Shown in pieces: positions 63,374 to 64,000 of a stretch of 64,000 bases of DNA (position 1 is the first letter of the stretch; the number at the start of each line of letters is the position of its first letter). This DNA comes from Phormidium sp. GTDB lineage: Bacteria > Cyanobacteriota > Cyanobacteriia > Cyanobacteriales > Aerosakkonemataceae. Position numbers and translations under genes: made by a program. Location of the stretch: contig CP143273.1 in NCBI GenBank assembly GCA_051013385.1, positions 1,728,001 through 1,792,000 of the forward strand, given 5' to 3'. The notes below the pieces were generated by a model, which had not been told where the DNA came from, did not search any database, and saw only the letters and a program-made list of their open reading frames with translations.

Positions 63374-63682
63374 TTAGTAACGTCGTTGTTGCCGATTATT
63401 ACCGCCCCAGCCGCCACCCGCAGAAGCTTTTCTATTATCTTCACGAGGTTTAGCTTTATTCACTTTTAAATCGCGACCCATCCACTCAGCACCATCCAAA
63501 GCTTCGATCGCAGCATCTTCTTCTGCATCTGTGGACATTTCCACAAAACCAAAACCTCTTGGACGACCTGTTTCCTGGTCTGTTGGTAAGTGAACTCGCT
63601 TAACAGTTCCATACTCTGCAAAGACATTAGTTAAATCTTCTGCTTGAACCGAGTAAGAAAGGTTGCCTACATAAATGGACAT
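63374..63682 (-). CDS. rbp: RRM RNA-binding protein (Rbp)
   Basis: IYVGNL and RGFGFVEM RNP motifs. Confidence 0.95.
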   Translation of the reverse strand: MSIYVGNLSYSVQAEDLTNVFAEYGTVKRVHLPTDQETGRPRGFGFVEMSTDAEEDAAIEALDGAEWMGRDLKVNKAKPREDNRKASAGGGWGGNNRQQRRY

Positions 63683-63861
63683 GAATGATCTCCGAAGCCA
63701 GAGTAGTCTAAATTACATAGCAATTGAGATTCGGAGACAAGTCTGCCTATATTATCTGTAAATACTAAAAACACACGCCGCACCGAATTCAATCTCGCTA
63801 CATCAGTATAACATTAAAACTAAAATCTTTTATAGTAGAAATTCAAGTTTTATATCAATAG

Positions 63862-63999
63862 TTACCGTAACATAACCATACTGGGATCAACATCTTTCAA
63901 AGTAGCACAGCCACTTAAAGCCATAGCTAAATCCAATTCATCCCTTAAGAGTTCTAATACCTTTTGTACGCCTAGCTGTCCATCAACAGCTAAACCCCA
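63862..63999 (-). CDS. FMN-dependent alpha-hydroxy acid oxidase, C-terminal fragment
   Basis: WGLAVDGQLGVQKVLELLRDELDLAMALSGC. Confidence 0.85.
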   Translation of the reverse strand, partial: WGLAVDGQLGVQKVLELLRDELDLAMALSGCATLKDVDPSMVMLR

Positions 64000-64000
64000 T

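Overview
Filamentous-cyanobacterium-type DNA (dense HIP1 GCGATCGC sites, psbA). Left part (1-40 kb): a toxin-antitoxin cassette array delimited by HIP1 repeats, an NB-ARC regulator, a GH31 glucosidase, a VWA/J-domain/VirD4-like operon, enolase, an RND pump, membrane proteins, and a rogue-type D1 next to hdrB and a Tll0287-like cytochrome. Right part (40-64 kb): an apparent translation-stress/RNA-repair island. A + strand array of 30 tRNA genes covers all 20 amino acids and is interrupted by three nuclease genes, an IS200/IS605-derived omega-RNA-type element and a PARG-like gene. It converges on a - strand gene run encoding a ubiquitin-like protein, a second L7/L12, a Ro60/TROVE-like VWA protein, KptA and an AAA ATPase, with a ThiF/E1 gene nearby. 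Main discovery: five unannotated structured RNAs (four around the TROVE-like gene, one inside the tRNA array) share a covarying terminal scaffold (CCYAAY..AGCTTACAYAC / AGCT..ACTTG) but carry different cargo (intact cloverleaf, circularly permuted tRNA, or non-tRNA hairpins). They are candidate Y-RNA-like RNAs. All family calls are from motif recognition by eye; no searches were run.
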